From a virus (taxonomy: Duplodnaviria; Caudoviricetes): DNA of 64,000 nucleotides. The DNA lies in the IMG/VR virus record IMGVR_UViG_3300034069_002177, positions 128,001-192,000 of that record. One strand, written 5' to 3'. Both the position numbers and the translations under genes were made by a program. This document shows, piece by piece, positions 18,395 through 28,646 of this stretch (the stretch's first letter is position 1; each line of letters opens with the position of its first letter). The notes below the pieces were generated by a model that saw only the letters and a program-made list of their open reading frames with translations, had not been told where the DNA came from and ran no database searches.

Positions 18395-21157
18395 ATGGCA
18401 AACGACGAAGAAGAAAAGAAGAAGAGCCTTGCGAGAGGCTTCATCGACTACGTAATCAAGAGCAACGAAGAATCATTAGGGCATGGTCCTTATGGTGCCG
18501 AGTCCGACAGTCACGTTGACGCGAAACCGTATGTCGAGTATTACCAGAATGGCATCTTCGAGGGCTATGACGGTTCTATCTGGAAGTATTACAAGTTCCC
18601 CGCTGACGTTCAGACGGAGTGGCTGAAGAACCCAGAGAACATCATCTACAACCAGAAGTTCTTCACTCAGGCAATCACGGAGTTCGGTACGTTCTTGAAT
18701 GCTCAGTTGGAAAAGACCCGTAATGACATCCGGCGTCCCTTCCACATCCAAATCACGCAATCCGAGTCAACTGGAATTCGTATCCCCAGTGAGCAGGATG
18801 ACCGTGAGGGCAAGGTAACCCAGAAGACTCGCGATTACCTCAAGCGTATGACGGACGGATACACCCGACCAATCTGGCATCAGTACATGGGAGTTCGCCT
18901 TATCCCCGGAACCTTGTTCGGTGACGCATTCGGCATTACCGAAAAGGTCCGTCGATACATCGAAATTATGACCAATCCAGGTGAGATCGACCTCGCTTCT
19001 ATGAGCCGTGACCTTCATGATGTGGACAACATTATGTATGGTGCTGGTTTTAGCGAACTGGACTTCATCGCAAACCCCGAAGACTTCGAGCAGCTTACCG
19101 CTTGGTATGGCGTCTCGGACTCTCAGTTCAACCTTTCTCGCTCGCTACAGACGACGCGTATGAAAGAACCTCTGTCAGGTATGTCTGTCATTACTCCCAA
19201 GTACCAAGAAATCCAGCTATTTGCGTTGAAGCCCCGCGAAGGTGTCAACTTGAAGGATCCCCTAGATCCCGATGCAGCATGGGCTAAGCCTTTATACCGA
19301 CCGACTTCTGAAGTTGTCATGATCAGTATTCGCGGTCAGATTCGTGCCCCGAAGATTGCTGAGAACCTTCTTGAACTGAAAAACATTCGCAAAAATGAAG
19401 CCGGTCGTAAGCTTGGTGACACGTCACGACACGAGGTTGCAGGAATGATTTCTGACCTTGATGCCATCGAGAGGGCTCGATACGTCATCAATGAATACAA
19501 GCTTCCAATGCTCGATAACCTCGAAATTGTTATGGCTGCTAAGGTTAAGGGCGACGGCATTACGAACCAATTGTTCAATAGCCTAAAGAGCTATGACATG
19601 GAGGCTAATCTCCTCGTTGGTCGTCAGCCATTGGGTATTATGGCGTCACTTCCGACATATCCTCGTCAGACTCTGCGTGTTCCTCGTGGCAACACTAAGC
19701 GTCCAGAACTTTCCAACGTCATGCTTCCAGGAATGCTCGCTATGAGCGGACTTTTCCGCAGCACCAAGCCTTGTGCCAACTTTGGTATTCTTGTGGGACT
19801 TGCAACTGCTGGGCACTCGTATGAGGAAATCATGACCGAGGTTGATGGCGCAGCTAAAAATAACCGCGTTCCTGGTATGCTCATCACTGGTCGTCCTGGT
19901 GCCGGTAAGACGCAGCAGCTTCTCCAAATGTCAATTCAAATTGCCAACATGGGTCTCCCTGTTGCCTTCTTCAACCCGAAGAAGGAGAGTACGTTGAAGC
20001 CGACATTTGATCACATTCACGGAATCACGATTTCGATGGAAACCGCTTATCTTGACCAGAACCCCGGTCTTCTTGACCCGGTATTCTTCCTTAAGAACCG
20101 TGGTGACGTTGCTGACCTCGTTTCCGATGCCATTCTTACGGCTAACCGCATGTATGAAGACCGTGGAGCTTCCGCTTCTCAGCGTCGTACCAAGGTTTCA
20201 TCTGAAATTCGTGACCGTGCTCTCGACAAGAGAAACAGAACAACTTTCGACATTTTGTTCGGAAATAAGGCTGTAGGAACCACGGCGATTACTGACACTG
20301 ACATTCTCGACTTCGTTCGCAGCAAGATCAGCATTAGTGCGTTCTGGAAGGCATTCATTGCTCCTACCGCAACAAGCTCGGAATTGCAAAAGCAGATTAC
20401 CAGTGGTCGCTCATTCCTTATGGAATGGGGTAGCTCAATGAAGCTTCCTGACGCGTCCAAGGTTCCCAACGACTACACAGACCCCGAGATTGACACCGTT
20501 CTTTCTATCAACGTTACATTCAAGTACGCCGCCGAGGTTGTTGGAGGCGGTCAGGGTGGCGCGATTGTGGTTGACGAGTCGTGGGTATTGAAGCAGTCTC
20601 GTGAAGCTATGGCTATCCTCACCAAGGGTGGTCGTGAATGGCGTCAGGCTAACATCATGCTTATTATGGGTACACAGCGAATCATTGACTGGATCGATGC
20701 TCGGTCTGAGAAATCAAGCGGCAGTGGTGGAGGCGCAAGCAACATGTCTTCATATTTCGACCGTTACCTCTTCATGGCTATCAACGAAGCTGACGAGAAC
20801 GAATTGTCGGCGTACTTCGAGTTGACGGGTCTTCCCGACACCGATGCGAACCGACGCTGGATTATCGAAGCTGGTCCTCGTAAGGATGGAAAACTTCCTA
20901 ACGGTTACTACATCGACAACATTTACAACTGGGCTGGCGGACTCGTTTGTGGACCCTGGCCGCAATATGAACTCGACTTGGGTCGTACTGACAAGGAGGG
21001 TCTTGCCATGAAACAAAGAGGCGCGGCTACAAAGGCTCAACAGTCTTTCGCCAAGGCAGCGTCTTCGGGCGGTTATGGCGGCGCTTTACTTGATGTTATG
21101 AGCAATGACAACGATTTGGTTTCTGAGTTCGAAGAAAAAGAAGACGTAAACGCGTGA
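18395..21157 (+). CDS. VirB4/ConE-like conjugation ATPase
   Basis: 920 aa; Walker A GRPGAGKT, Walker B IVVDESW, REWRQANIMLIMGTQ; conjugation context. Confidence 0.8.
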   Translation: MANDEEEKKKSLARGFIDYVIKSNEESLGHGPYGAESDSHVDAKPYVEYYQNGIFEGYDGSIWKYYKFPADVQTEWLKNPENIIYNQKFFTQAITEFGTFLNAQLEKTRNDIRRPFHIQITQSESTGIRIPSEQDDREGKVTQKTRDYLKRMTDGYTRPIWHQYMGVRLIPGTLFGDAFGITEKVRRYIEIMTNPGEIDLASMSRDLHDVDNIMYGAGFSELDFIANPEDFEQLTAWYGVSDSQFNLSRSLQTTRMKEPLSGMSVITPKYQEIQLFALKPREGVNLKDPLDPDAAWAKPLYRPTSEVVMISIRGQIRAPKIAENLLELKNIRKNEAGRKLGDTSRHEVAGMISDLDAIERARYVINEYKLPMLDNLEIVMAAKVKGDGITNQLFNSLKSYDMEANLLVGRQPLGIMASLPTYPRQTLRVPRGNTKRPELSNVMLPGMLAMSGLFRSTKPCANFGILVGLATAGHSYEEIMTEVDGAAKNNRVPGMLITGRPGAGKTQQLLQMSIQIANMGLPVAFFNPKKESTLKPTFDHIHGITISMETAYLDQNPGLLDPVFFLKNRGDVADLVSDAILTANRMYEDRGASASQRRTKVSSEIRDRALDKRNRTTFDILFGNKAVGTTAITDTDILDFVRSKISISAFWKAFIAPTATSSELQKQITSGRSFLMEWGSSMKLPDASKVPNDYTDPEIDTVLSINVTFKYAAEVVGGGQGGAIVVDESWVLKQSREAMAILTKGGREWRQANIMLIMGTQRIIDWIDARSEKSSGSGGGASNMSSYFDRYLFMAINEADENELSAYFELTGLPDTDANRRWIIEAGPRKDGKLPNGYYIDNIYNWAGGLVCGPWPQYELDLGRTDKEGLAMKQRGAATKAQQSFAKAASSGGYGGALLDVMSNDNDLVSEFEEKEDVNA

Positions 21158-21243
21158 TAGGTTTACGCCCAAAATGTCTTAGAGGGGTCAAGCGTTTGCT
21201 AAGCTTCCGAAAGATGAACGAGAGAATTGGCTAGGTAAGGGTA

Positions 21244-23511
21244 GTGGCAAAGAAAGTAGCCTTTGTTGGATTTGGGGCAGTACAAGGTACTGACGCCCAG
21301 AGAGTGGCGAATGCATTAGGTGTTGAACCTGTTCAGCAGCTTGGATTCTTCGACTCAATCAACGATGCTGCACAATTCGTTGTAACCAAGGTGGACGGTA
21401 AAGTTACCGCCATCACTGGTTCCGAAGTGTATGTATCGGCTGAAGCTAGCGATGACACCATCTCTAAAGCACGACGTATTCGTTCTGTCGGAGTTGCTGT
21501 AAATTTGGACTGGGAGCCATTCAAGAATTCTCCTTACTCCGAGAACGCATTGCGTTCATGGATTGATGATGGCGAATGGTCTGATGATTCTGCCAATGTA
21601 GACGCTAACACGCAGTTCGTCATGCCTTCGTACGTTGATGATTCCGAAGAGCCAGAAAGTTACGTAGATACTCAGTATGCTCCGGTACCTGCTTCGGTTC
21701 CCCAAGCAGACCAGAATTACGGTTACGATACCAACGGCGAAGGTGCTTATGCCGAGCAGGCTGCACCTCAGTTCGAGGCACCTTCTGATGTCGCACCTCT
21801 CCCAATCATTCCTGTAGATCAGGGTGGATACACCTCTCCTGATTATTCACAGGACGGTTATGTTCAGGATGGATATGCCAATCAGAACGAAGAGCCGCAG
21901 TTTGACGCTGGAAACTATGTACCTGACTACGCAACCAATGAAGTTGCTGCTCCTGATGCTCCCGTTTACGAAGAAGTGCCTATTTTCGATGGTGGGGTTC
22001 CTACCCCGGCTGAGGAACCGCGTTATGAACTAGAGGATTCGCAGGAGCAAAGTGCCGCACCTGTTCCTATGGCGAGCTTCCTTACTGCTGGTCCGATTCC
22101 GGTACAGGAAGAAACGCCATATGAGTCTAATGACGGCTACTCCAATGACGGCTATGCTCAGCAGCCGGTTCCAGAATACAATCCTGGCAATGAGTACGCT
22201 TCGCAGGATTATGCTCAGCAAGAAACTCCTGACTACAATCAGTACACTGCTGTCCCTGAAGAGCCCAGCTATGACGCTCCGCAGTATGGTAATGACGGTT
22301 ATGCTGATGCTAACTCCTATCCTCAGGAGCCTCAGGAATACGTTGACTACAATCAACTTCCAGAGCCTTCCTACGAACAGCAGCAGGAACCTCAAAGCTA
22401 CACCACTCCTGAGCCGACTCCTGTGCCTCAGTACGTACCGGAAGAGCGACCCGCATCTGCTCCTTCTGTAGGTGGATACACAGCGCCCACTCCTGGCTCG
22501 TCATTCATCCAGCAGTCTCCTACGCCAGCGCCGCCTACTTCTCAGTACCAGCGTGAGCGTTCGATGTTTGATCAGGTTCCTGCTGGGGCAAACAATGACT
22601 TCGAAAGCCGCACTGGCGGAAAGATTGTCTACGTCACCGGCTCGCACGGTGGTGCAGGTAAGACGACCACGGCTTGGACTTTGGCTTCGCTTGTTGCCGT
22701 TTCCATGAAGAAAGCTGGCAACGAAGACATCTCGGTATGGCTCATCGAGTCTGATTACCGTAACTCGAAGCTCGCGCAGCGTCACAACATCGACCCCAAC
22801 CGTACTTCCGGGCACCTCGCGTCGATGCTTGAATGGTTGAACGACCAGTCCGGTATCGTTGATGATCTTCCTGCGAAAAAGGCTCACGCTATTGCTCAGT
22901 CCACTCACCGCTTGGAAAATGGACTGAACATCATTGCCTGTCCTTACGACACAACGAAGCGTGATACCAAGTACATTCAGCAGGCTGTTTTCCAGGCTGC
23001 TCAGTACGCAAAGATGCAGGGTGGAATCGTCTTCATCGACGCCGACACCATCAGCAACGATGACATCATGGATTCTAAGCTTGCTAAGGCTGCCGACCGA
23101 GTTGTCATCGTCTCTGACGCTGGTACCGAGCACATTGACGACCTCAAGAGGGCTGCACGCATTCTCACTACGCCCGTTATCAACGGCGGTCTTGGCGTAT
23201 CGATGCCTGCAATTACTGTTCTTCTGAACAAGACCGGTCCTACCGAGTTCAAAAACGTCGAAGACAGTGGAATTTTGGCACCTTTGGCGCTAGGTGGATA
23301 CCTACCGTTCATCCCAGAATGGGCAACTGGCTGGGTTGGTTCTTTGACAAATACTGAGACCTTCCAGAATGCTGTTGTTCTGTTCGCTCGCTTCTTCAAT
23401 GGAATTGTTCCTTTGCAGGAACTCCACCAATGGCAGAACTACCGCGCTACTGGAACCAGCAAGAAGGGCGGCGGAGGTTGGATTCGTCGCATCTTCTCTG
23501 GAAGAAAGTGA
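21244..23511 (+). CDS. MinD/CpaE(TadZ)-like ATPase with long acidic Pro/Tyr/Gln linker
   Basis: GSHGGAGKTT, LIESDYRNS, VFIDAD, LLNK; C-terminal amphipathic WIRRIFSGRK. Confidence 0.75.
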   Translation: MAKKVAFVGFGAVQGTDAQRVANALGVEPVQQLGFFDSINDAAQFVVTKVDGKVTAITGSEVYVSAEASDDTISKARRIRSVGVAVNLDWEPFKNSPYSENALRSWIDDGEWSDDSANVDANTQFVMPSYVDDSEEPESYVDTQYAPVPASVPQADQNYGYDTNGEGAYAEQAAPQFEAPSDVAPLPIIPVDQGGYTSPDYSQDGYVQDGYANQNEEPQFDAGNYVPDYATNEVAAPDAPVYEEVPIFDGGVPTPAEEPRYELEDSQEQSAAPVPMASFLTAGPIPVQEETPYESNDGYSNDGYAQQPVPEYNPGNEYASQDYAQQETPDYNQYTAVPEEPSYDAPQYGNDGYADANSYPQEPQEYVDYNQLPEPSYEQQQEPQSYTTPEPTPVPQYVPEERPASAPSVGGYTAPTPGSSFIQQSPTPAPPTSQYQRERSMFDQVPAGANNDFESRTGGKIVYVTGSHGGAGKTTTAWTLASLVAVSMKKAGNEDISVWLIESDYRNSKLAQRHNIDPNRTSGHLASMLEWLNDQSGIVDDLPAKKAHAIAQSTHRLENGLNIIACPYDTTKRDTKYIQQAVFQAAQYAKMQGGIVFIDADTISNDDIMDSKLAKAADRVVIVSDAGTEHIDDLKRAARILTTPVINGGLGVSMPAITVLLNKTGPTEFKNVEDSGILAPLALGGYLPFIPEWATGWVGSLTNTETFQNAVVLFARFFNGIVPLQELHQWQNYRATGTSKKGGGGWIRRIFSGRK

Positions 23512-23611
23512 AAATAATTTCACGAGTTTCTCGATAATGAGATTCTAACCTGTGAATTTGCCTATAATTATGAATAGTCGTCCTATTGGTCTATTGAAAG
23601 GTGTATGACTC

Positions 23612-23947
23612 ATGTCAAATCTACTCGCTGCCGCTAATTCTAGCGTAACCTCGTTTGCTGCTACGATCCCCACGTTCACGTGGACCCCTCCCCAGGGTCT
23701 CGTTGACGCATGTACAAAGGTTGGCTTCGTGCTTGCTGTTATTTGGGTGTTGTTCATCCTGTTCCAGTTCGCACTTCCTTCCAAGCAGGGTGGTGGACGT
23801 AAGCTTAGCCGTATCGGTGTCATGGGATTCTTGGGTGCTGGCGCACTCATCCTCTTGCTCTTCAACATTGCTTCTCTGCCAGCAATCATTAACTGGATCA
23901 TCCAGGTAATCAACTACATCGCTGGTCTGTTCTCTACTATTAAGTAA
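23612..23947 (+). CDS. Small membrane protein, pilin/VirB2-like candidate
   Basis: 111 aa, two hydrophobic helices, RBS GAAAGG, position within T4SS cluster. Confidence 0.5.
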   Translation: MSNLLAAANSSVTSFAATIPTFTWTPPQGLVDACTKVGFVLAVIWVLFILFQFALPSKQGGGRKLSRIGVMGFLGAGALILLLFNIASLPAIINWIIQVINYIAGLFSTIK

Positions 23948-23968
23948 GCCCTACCCAATTCGCCAATA

Positions 23969-24030
23969 GTAGAACGAACGGAAGGCGGCAATCGGTCAAT
24001 TCGGCTGGTTGCCGCCTTCTGGTGTTCTAC
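23969..24030 (+). other. Long intergenic RNA hairpin after pilin-like gene
   Basis: GTAGAAC..GGAAGGCGGCAATCGGTC / GGCTGGTTGCCGCCTTCT..GTTCTAC. Confidence 0.6.
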
Positions 24031-24059
24031 AATGAACCAATCACGAGACGAAAGACACA

Positions 24060-24686
24060 ATGGCATCATCATCTTCAACTCCAGAGTCTAGAGCACTCGC
24101 AAATGGCGTAATGAGTCTCAACTCTGTATTCGTTGTACGCAACAAGAAAAGACGACTCTTCAAACGCTCTACCATCCGGCTCTCGCTTGCTGAAATGGTA
24201 TGGATTGCCATTTCCACGCTCGGTCTCGGACTCATCATCTTCGGTGTTATTCGGGGTGTATCGGGCATCCCTGGTCTTCGATCCGTCATCTCGTATTATC
24301 TGATGATCCTTGCACCTATCGGTGGTTTCATTATCGGTCGTCAAATTGCTCGCACAAGTCCCTACCGGCGATACAGCGGTGAGGGTCTCAACGAATACCT
24401 TTGGGTACAGCGTGACAAGATTGGTAAAGAAGTTGGGCGTGTATTCGGTCGAGGCGTCTCTATCACTCGATCAATGGCAACAGTTGACGGTAGAAAAATT
24501 CCCGTGAACTGTGTAGAGTGGCTCGGTACCTCCCGAGCGACATCTATGCCAAGACCCGTAAACAAGTTTTATTCGCCTTCTAGGAACGAGAAGGCTGACT
24601 TCGTGTACCTTAGTCTAGTACCGCGCACCGAGGCAACAAATTGGTCTAAGCGTTACCAGCAAAAGCGCGCAAGAAACTGGGAGTGA
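24060..24686 (+). CDS. TcpE/VirB3-like membrane protein
   Basis: Two TM segments followed by basic cytoplasmic tail; T4SS context. Confidence 0.45.
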   Translation: MASSSSTPESRALANGVMSLNSVFVVRNKKRRLFKRSTIRLSLAEMVWIAISTLGLGLIIFGVIRGVSGIPGLRSVISYYLMILAPIGGFIIGRQIARTSPYRRYSGEGLNEYLWVQRDKIGKEVGRVFGRGVSITRSMATVDGRKIPVNCVEWLGTSRATSMPRPVNKFYSPSRNEKADFVYLSLVPRTEATNWSKRYQQKRARNWE

Positions 24687-24689
24687 TTC

Positions 24690-27600
24690 GTGATTCGTAA
24701 GGTCTTAAGCGGAATCAGGCGTCACCGTCTTTTCGTTTACATGTTCGTGGCAGTAGCCGTTTTGGGTGTTGCCGTATCCGCCAGTCTTACCAGCGATCCC
24801 AGTCAATCAATGGCTGTCAACACGCCTGCGACAGTAACTTCCGTGAACCATGTTGCCGCTGACTACTACCACAACTCGGTTGCTAATGCTGTTCAAAATG
24901 TGCAAGAAACTAGTGCATCCAGCTACAAGCAAGCGGCGGCATCTGATGGTCAATACAGCAGCGTACCGGCTCTTAAATCTCACCTACAGGGCGCAAACGC
25001 AACCAAATTGGACTCGCTCAATTACTTTGCGTTTTCTCGGTGGGCTACCGTCACGTTACTACCTGTTCCAGCCGTAGGTTTTGCCAATATCGGCTCACTA
25101 GTAGTCGCAGCATTTGTCTCTTTGGCTAATCTACTTTTCACTATCGGAGCTATCGTTCTCCTTGGTGTAGGTCTTTTGATGCTTCTGATTACCAGCATCA
25201 ATCTTCTTACGGCATTTTTGCCTACCATCGACTGGTTCTTTGCTCAACTGGGAGGTCAGTGGCTTACCAACCCTAGCGGCGGTGGCGGAACCGGAACCAT
25301 AGCCAGCAGCTTCCAGGGCGCTTCTCCATTTTTCATTGCCATATTCCTGATGGTCATTGCCGTCGCAATTCGGCTATCTCCATTAGCTAATAAGGACAGA
25401 TCTCTTTTAGGTGACATCGTTATCTCTGCTGTAGCAATTGCCGCACTCATGACGATTTCTACCGCATCTACAAAAGACTGGAACAACTCAAACAGCAATA
25501 AGGTAGACGCTATCAATGGGAATACAGGCTCCTCCATCCCACTAGGATCCAATGTCGCCGCCTCACTTTCTGTCGATGGCGGAGATCCGTCTAATTATCA
25601 AAAAGCGTCCTTCGGCTGGTTCCTGGCTAATGGAAGCGATATTGTCGATGGCGCAGTCAACTTCGCTGGTGGTCTTATTACTTCCATTACCTCCGGTTTG
25701 GGCGCTATCTCCAATAGCGGCACTACCACCGCGCCTGCTGGTTCAAGCTGCTACAACTACCTCAACACTGGTATGCATGGCATCGCTTCAGATGTGCTTG
25801 AAAACAAAAAGGGTATTGCGTTCATTGGAAAGACCAGCACTCAATCGATTCTCTCCTTTGATAGCCTCGTTTACACCGTACTTTATCGACCAGCCGCTGA
25901 GGCTTCTTACGGAGCGAATGCCTCCGGCGATGCTACATGGTGTCGTATGTGGGAATCTGCTCGTGGGTCGGACCCGGTAGATCAAGCTTATATCGCTCGA
26001 ACTGCAAATATGTACTCAGACGCATTGAGTAACAATACTGATGCCAAAGACGGCGGAGATGGCATTCTAAAGGTAGACGGCGGTTGGGCAGATTCTGACG
26101 GTGGAAACAATGCCGTGAATGGTCATGCCAAGCTCGCGGGATTCTTTGGAAACACCCTTTCTACGTCTAAGGGTACGACAGCGTTTAAGTTCTACTGGGC
26201 TGCATGTTCGTTTGAAGGCAATGGACGGGTAAAGGTTTCTTCCGCATTCACTAATGCCCTTGGTACAGCCAAGAAAGATGACGATTCACCAGATGGTAGC
26301 AAGGGCGACAAGCTGAGTGATGGTGACTGCCAAACTGTGCTTCAAACTGCGGATAGCAGCAGCGGCTACATTTTCGGTGCCAAAAACAAAGATAACGACT
26401 CCATGAAAAATCTGAGCCCCTTCGCTTGGACTCAGGACGACAAATTGTTCACATTGTTCTTTATTGGATTCTCTGTTCCGGCAGATACCAGCACAGAACT
26501 CGCAAATGCTGACATGAATGGCTCGGAAGCCATCAACTTCTTCAAGATGGTCTACGGTTCAAGCGCAGGAAACGTTTGGCCAGCCGCCATCGTTGCTGTT
26601 GTGGGTACCATTATGATGTCTATTGGTCTTCTTCCGATGCAGGTTGGTGCATTGATCTTGCAGATGATTTCTGTTCTTTCTCTTATCGCCTTCCCCATTG
26701 TTCTGTTGGTGATGATTGTTCCTATCAGAGCGGGAAGAAAAGCATTCTTTACGATTCTCAAGCTATTCATTTCATCCAAGCTCGTACAGCTAATCTTCGT
26801 AACCTTCATCGCTATTGCTATCGCGATCATCAACCTTTTGACGATTGCGTTCGGTACCGTTCTCAATGTATCTCTCATCGGAGGAAACGCATTTACGGGA
26901 GATGGCACGCCACTCGGAACCTTCATTAAGGCTATTTTGAACGCAGTCGCCATCGGAATCGCTTTCTACGGAACCAAGAAGCTGCTTAGAGATGTCTTTA
27001 AGGCTGATGTCACGACCATCAAGGGTGCTATGTCCGTTGGTCAGAACATGGCTAGTACCGCCGTCAACGGTGGAGGCTTGCGCGAGATGGGTCTTGGGCA
27101 ACTTAAGTCGCCAGTACGTGGTGGTGCCGCTGGTACGGGTGGTTTCGGAAATGCTAACCTTCCTGAAGGATTGGGCAAGAACACTGGTGCTGACAACGAG
27201 CCGCGTCAGCCTGAAATGCCCAAGCGTCAGGACGAAAAGCAGGCTCCTGAAGATCCCAAGCAGAAGCCCAATGAAACCGCAGAGGGTGCTGCTGGCTTGG
27301 CAGGTGGCATCGCTGGTGTTGCTGGTGGTGCATCAGGCGGAGCAGGAGGTAGTGCGCTTGGTGATGTCGCTGGTGGCGCAGTGGCTGGCGGGTTTGCAGG
27401 CGGCGCTCCTGGCGCTCTCGCGGGCGGTTCTATCGAGGTTCCTGCCGCCGCATCGAAGTCGATTCAAGGCACCGTTGGTGATGGCATGAAGAACGCTCCT
27501 ACCGAGGGTCCGAATTCCAGAAACCCTGAAGCTCCCGTACCTAACGATCAGATGCTCACGGAAGAACAGCGTAAGGAAGCTGCCGAGAAGACTGAGGGTA

Positions 27601-28583
27601 TCCGTAGCGTTTCTGGTATCAAATCCGAGGATGTGTCCAACGAGATTGGTAACCGCTCACGCAACACTGCTGCTCTCGAAAGTCAGTTGGATGATGGTGA
27701 ACTCAACGGTGACGAAGAGCAGGTCCGTGATGCAGTCAACAAGCTTGGTGGAAGTTCTCACCTTGAAGGTTCGGCTGAGGAAGCCAAGGATTCGCCTGCT
27801 ATTGAAGCAAGCCGTCGTGATTACTTCGATAACAACGTGGACAATGAAGAACGTCCCGTTGATCGTGGTGAGAAGGCTGGTGAAGGTAACGTTCATGCTG
27901 CAACTCTCGAACGTATTGCTCGGGCTACCGAAGAGCAGAACGAACGTGATGACAACACCGTTACGCCTGAGGGTTCCGTGCAGGTTGTTCCTGGTGAAGA
28001 GGATGGTCAGAATGCTCGCGACCAAGAAGTCCAAGGCAACAACATTCCCGGACTCGAAAGTACCGACGATGGTCGTGGCAACTCGCAACGCGGCGGTCAG
28101 CAGAACAATCAGCAGACCATTATTGCCGGGGCAGAGAGCGTACAGCCCACTGACACCAATGCAAACAACATTGGTCAGGTGGACAATAACGCCGCTCGTG
28201 CTGACAACTACAAGGCTGCAATTGGCTCCGAGTTCGAAGCTCCCGGAATGGCAGAAGATTCTTCTACCGCCAACTCTGGTAGCGCTGGACTTGGTAGTGA
28301 AGGTCTGAACCGCAGGCTGGACAGCCTTCCTGGTGAAATTAGCCGTTCCATGCAAAACGTCATGGAGCCCGCCTTCGACCGATTCGATGCACTTGGTCGA
28401 ACGGTACGCGAGTCGGCTGAGGTTCAAGAGGATGCGCTTCAGCGCAATACCGAGTCGAACGAACGTATCTCCGAGGCTCAGATTGCAAGCATGGAGAATC
28501 TTCAGCAGACAATTGCTAATTGGTTCCCTGACAGGGGTTCAGATAACAGCCCGAATAACAGCGCTGGTCCTACCTGGCGTTAG
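24690..28583 (+). CDS. VirB6-like polytopic conjugation membrane protein with long disordered C-terminus
   Basis: Many TM segments in two clusters around an extracellular Cys-containing domain; G/E/N/Q-rich tail. Confidence 0.6.
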   Translation: MIRKVLSGIRRHRLFVYMFVAVAVLGVAVSASLTSDPSQSMAVNTPATVTSVNHVAADYYHNSVANAVQNVQETSASSYKQAAASDGQYSSVPALKSHLQGANATKLDSLNYFAFSRWATVTLLPVPAVGFANIGSLVVAAFVSLANLLFTIGAIVLLGVGLLMLLITSINLLTAFLPTIDWFFAQLGGQWLTNPSGGGGTGTIASSFQGASPFFIAIFLMVIAVAIRLSPLANKDRSLLGDIVISAVAIAALMTISTASTKDWNNSNSNKVDAINGNTGSSIPLGSNVAASLSVDGGDPSNYQKASFGWFLANGSDIVDGAVNFAGGLITSITSGLGAISNSGTTTAPAGSSCYNYLNTGMHGIASDVLENKKGIAFIGKTSTQSILSFDSLVYTVLYRPAAEASYGANASGDATWCRMWESARGSDPVDQAYIARTANMYSDALSNNTDAKDGGDGILKVDGGWADSDGGNNAVNGHAKLAGFFGNTLSTSKGTTAFKFYWAACSFEGNGRVKVSSAFTNALGTAKKDDDSPDGSKGDKLSDGDCQTVLQTADSSSGYIFGAKNKDNDSMKNLSPFAWTQDDKLFTLFFIGFSVPADTSTELANADMNGSEAINFFKMVYGSSAGNVWPAAIVAVVGTIMMSIGLLPMQVGALILQMISVLSLIAFPIVLLVMIVPIRAGRKAFFTILKLFISSKLVQLIFVTFIAIAIAIINLLTIAFGTVLNVSLIGGNAFTGDGTPLGTFIKAILNAVAIGIAFYGTKKLLRDVFKADVTTIKGAMSVGQNMASTAVNGGGLREMGLGQLKSPVRGGAAGTGGFGNANLPEGLGKNTGADNEPRQPEMPKRQDEKQAPEDPKQKPNETAEGAAGLAGGIAGVAGGASGGAGGSALGDVAGGAVAGGFAGGAPGALAGGSIEVPAAASKSIQGTVGDGMKNAPTEGPNSRNPEAPVPNDQMLTEEQRKEAAEKTEGIRSVSGIKSEDVSNEIGNRSRNTAALESQLDDGELNGDEEQVRDAVNKLGGSSHLEGSAEEAKDSPAIEASRRDYFDNNVDNEERPVDRGEKAGEGNVHAATLERIARATEEQNERDDNTVTPEGSVQVVPGEEDGQNARDQEVQGNNIPGLESTDDGRGNSQRGGQQNNQQTIIAGAESVQPTDTNANNIGQVDNNAARADNYKAAIGSEFEAPGMAEDSSTANSGSAGLGSEGLNRRLDSLPGEISRSMQNVMEPAFDRFDALGRTVRESAEVQEDALQRNTESNERISEAQIASMENLQQTIANWFPDRGSDNSPNNSAGPTWR

Positions 28584-28591
28584 TAAGTCGG

Positions 28592-28645
28592 TTGCAAGTT
28601 CTCCTTCGTTGGTGTACCATCAGGTCGCAACGAAGGAGAACTTGC
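28592..28645 (+). promoter_or_regulatory. Promoter TTGCAA-17-TACCAT embedded in 18-bp perfect IR that sequesters the dnaX RBS
   Basis: GCAAGTTCTCCTTCGTTG 28594-28611 / CAACGAAGGAGAACTTGC 28628-28645; RBS AAGGAG 28633-28638; TTG 28647. Confidence 0.75.
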
Positions 28646-28646
28646 T

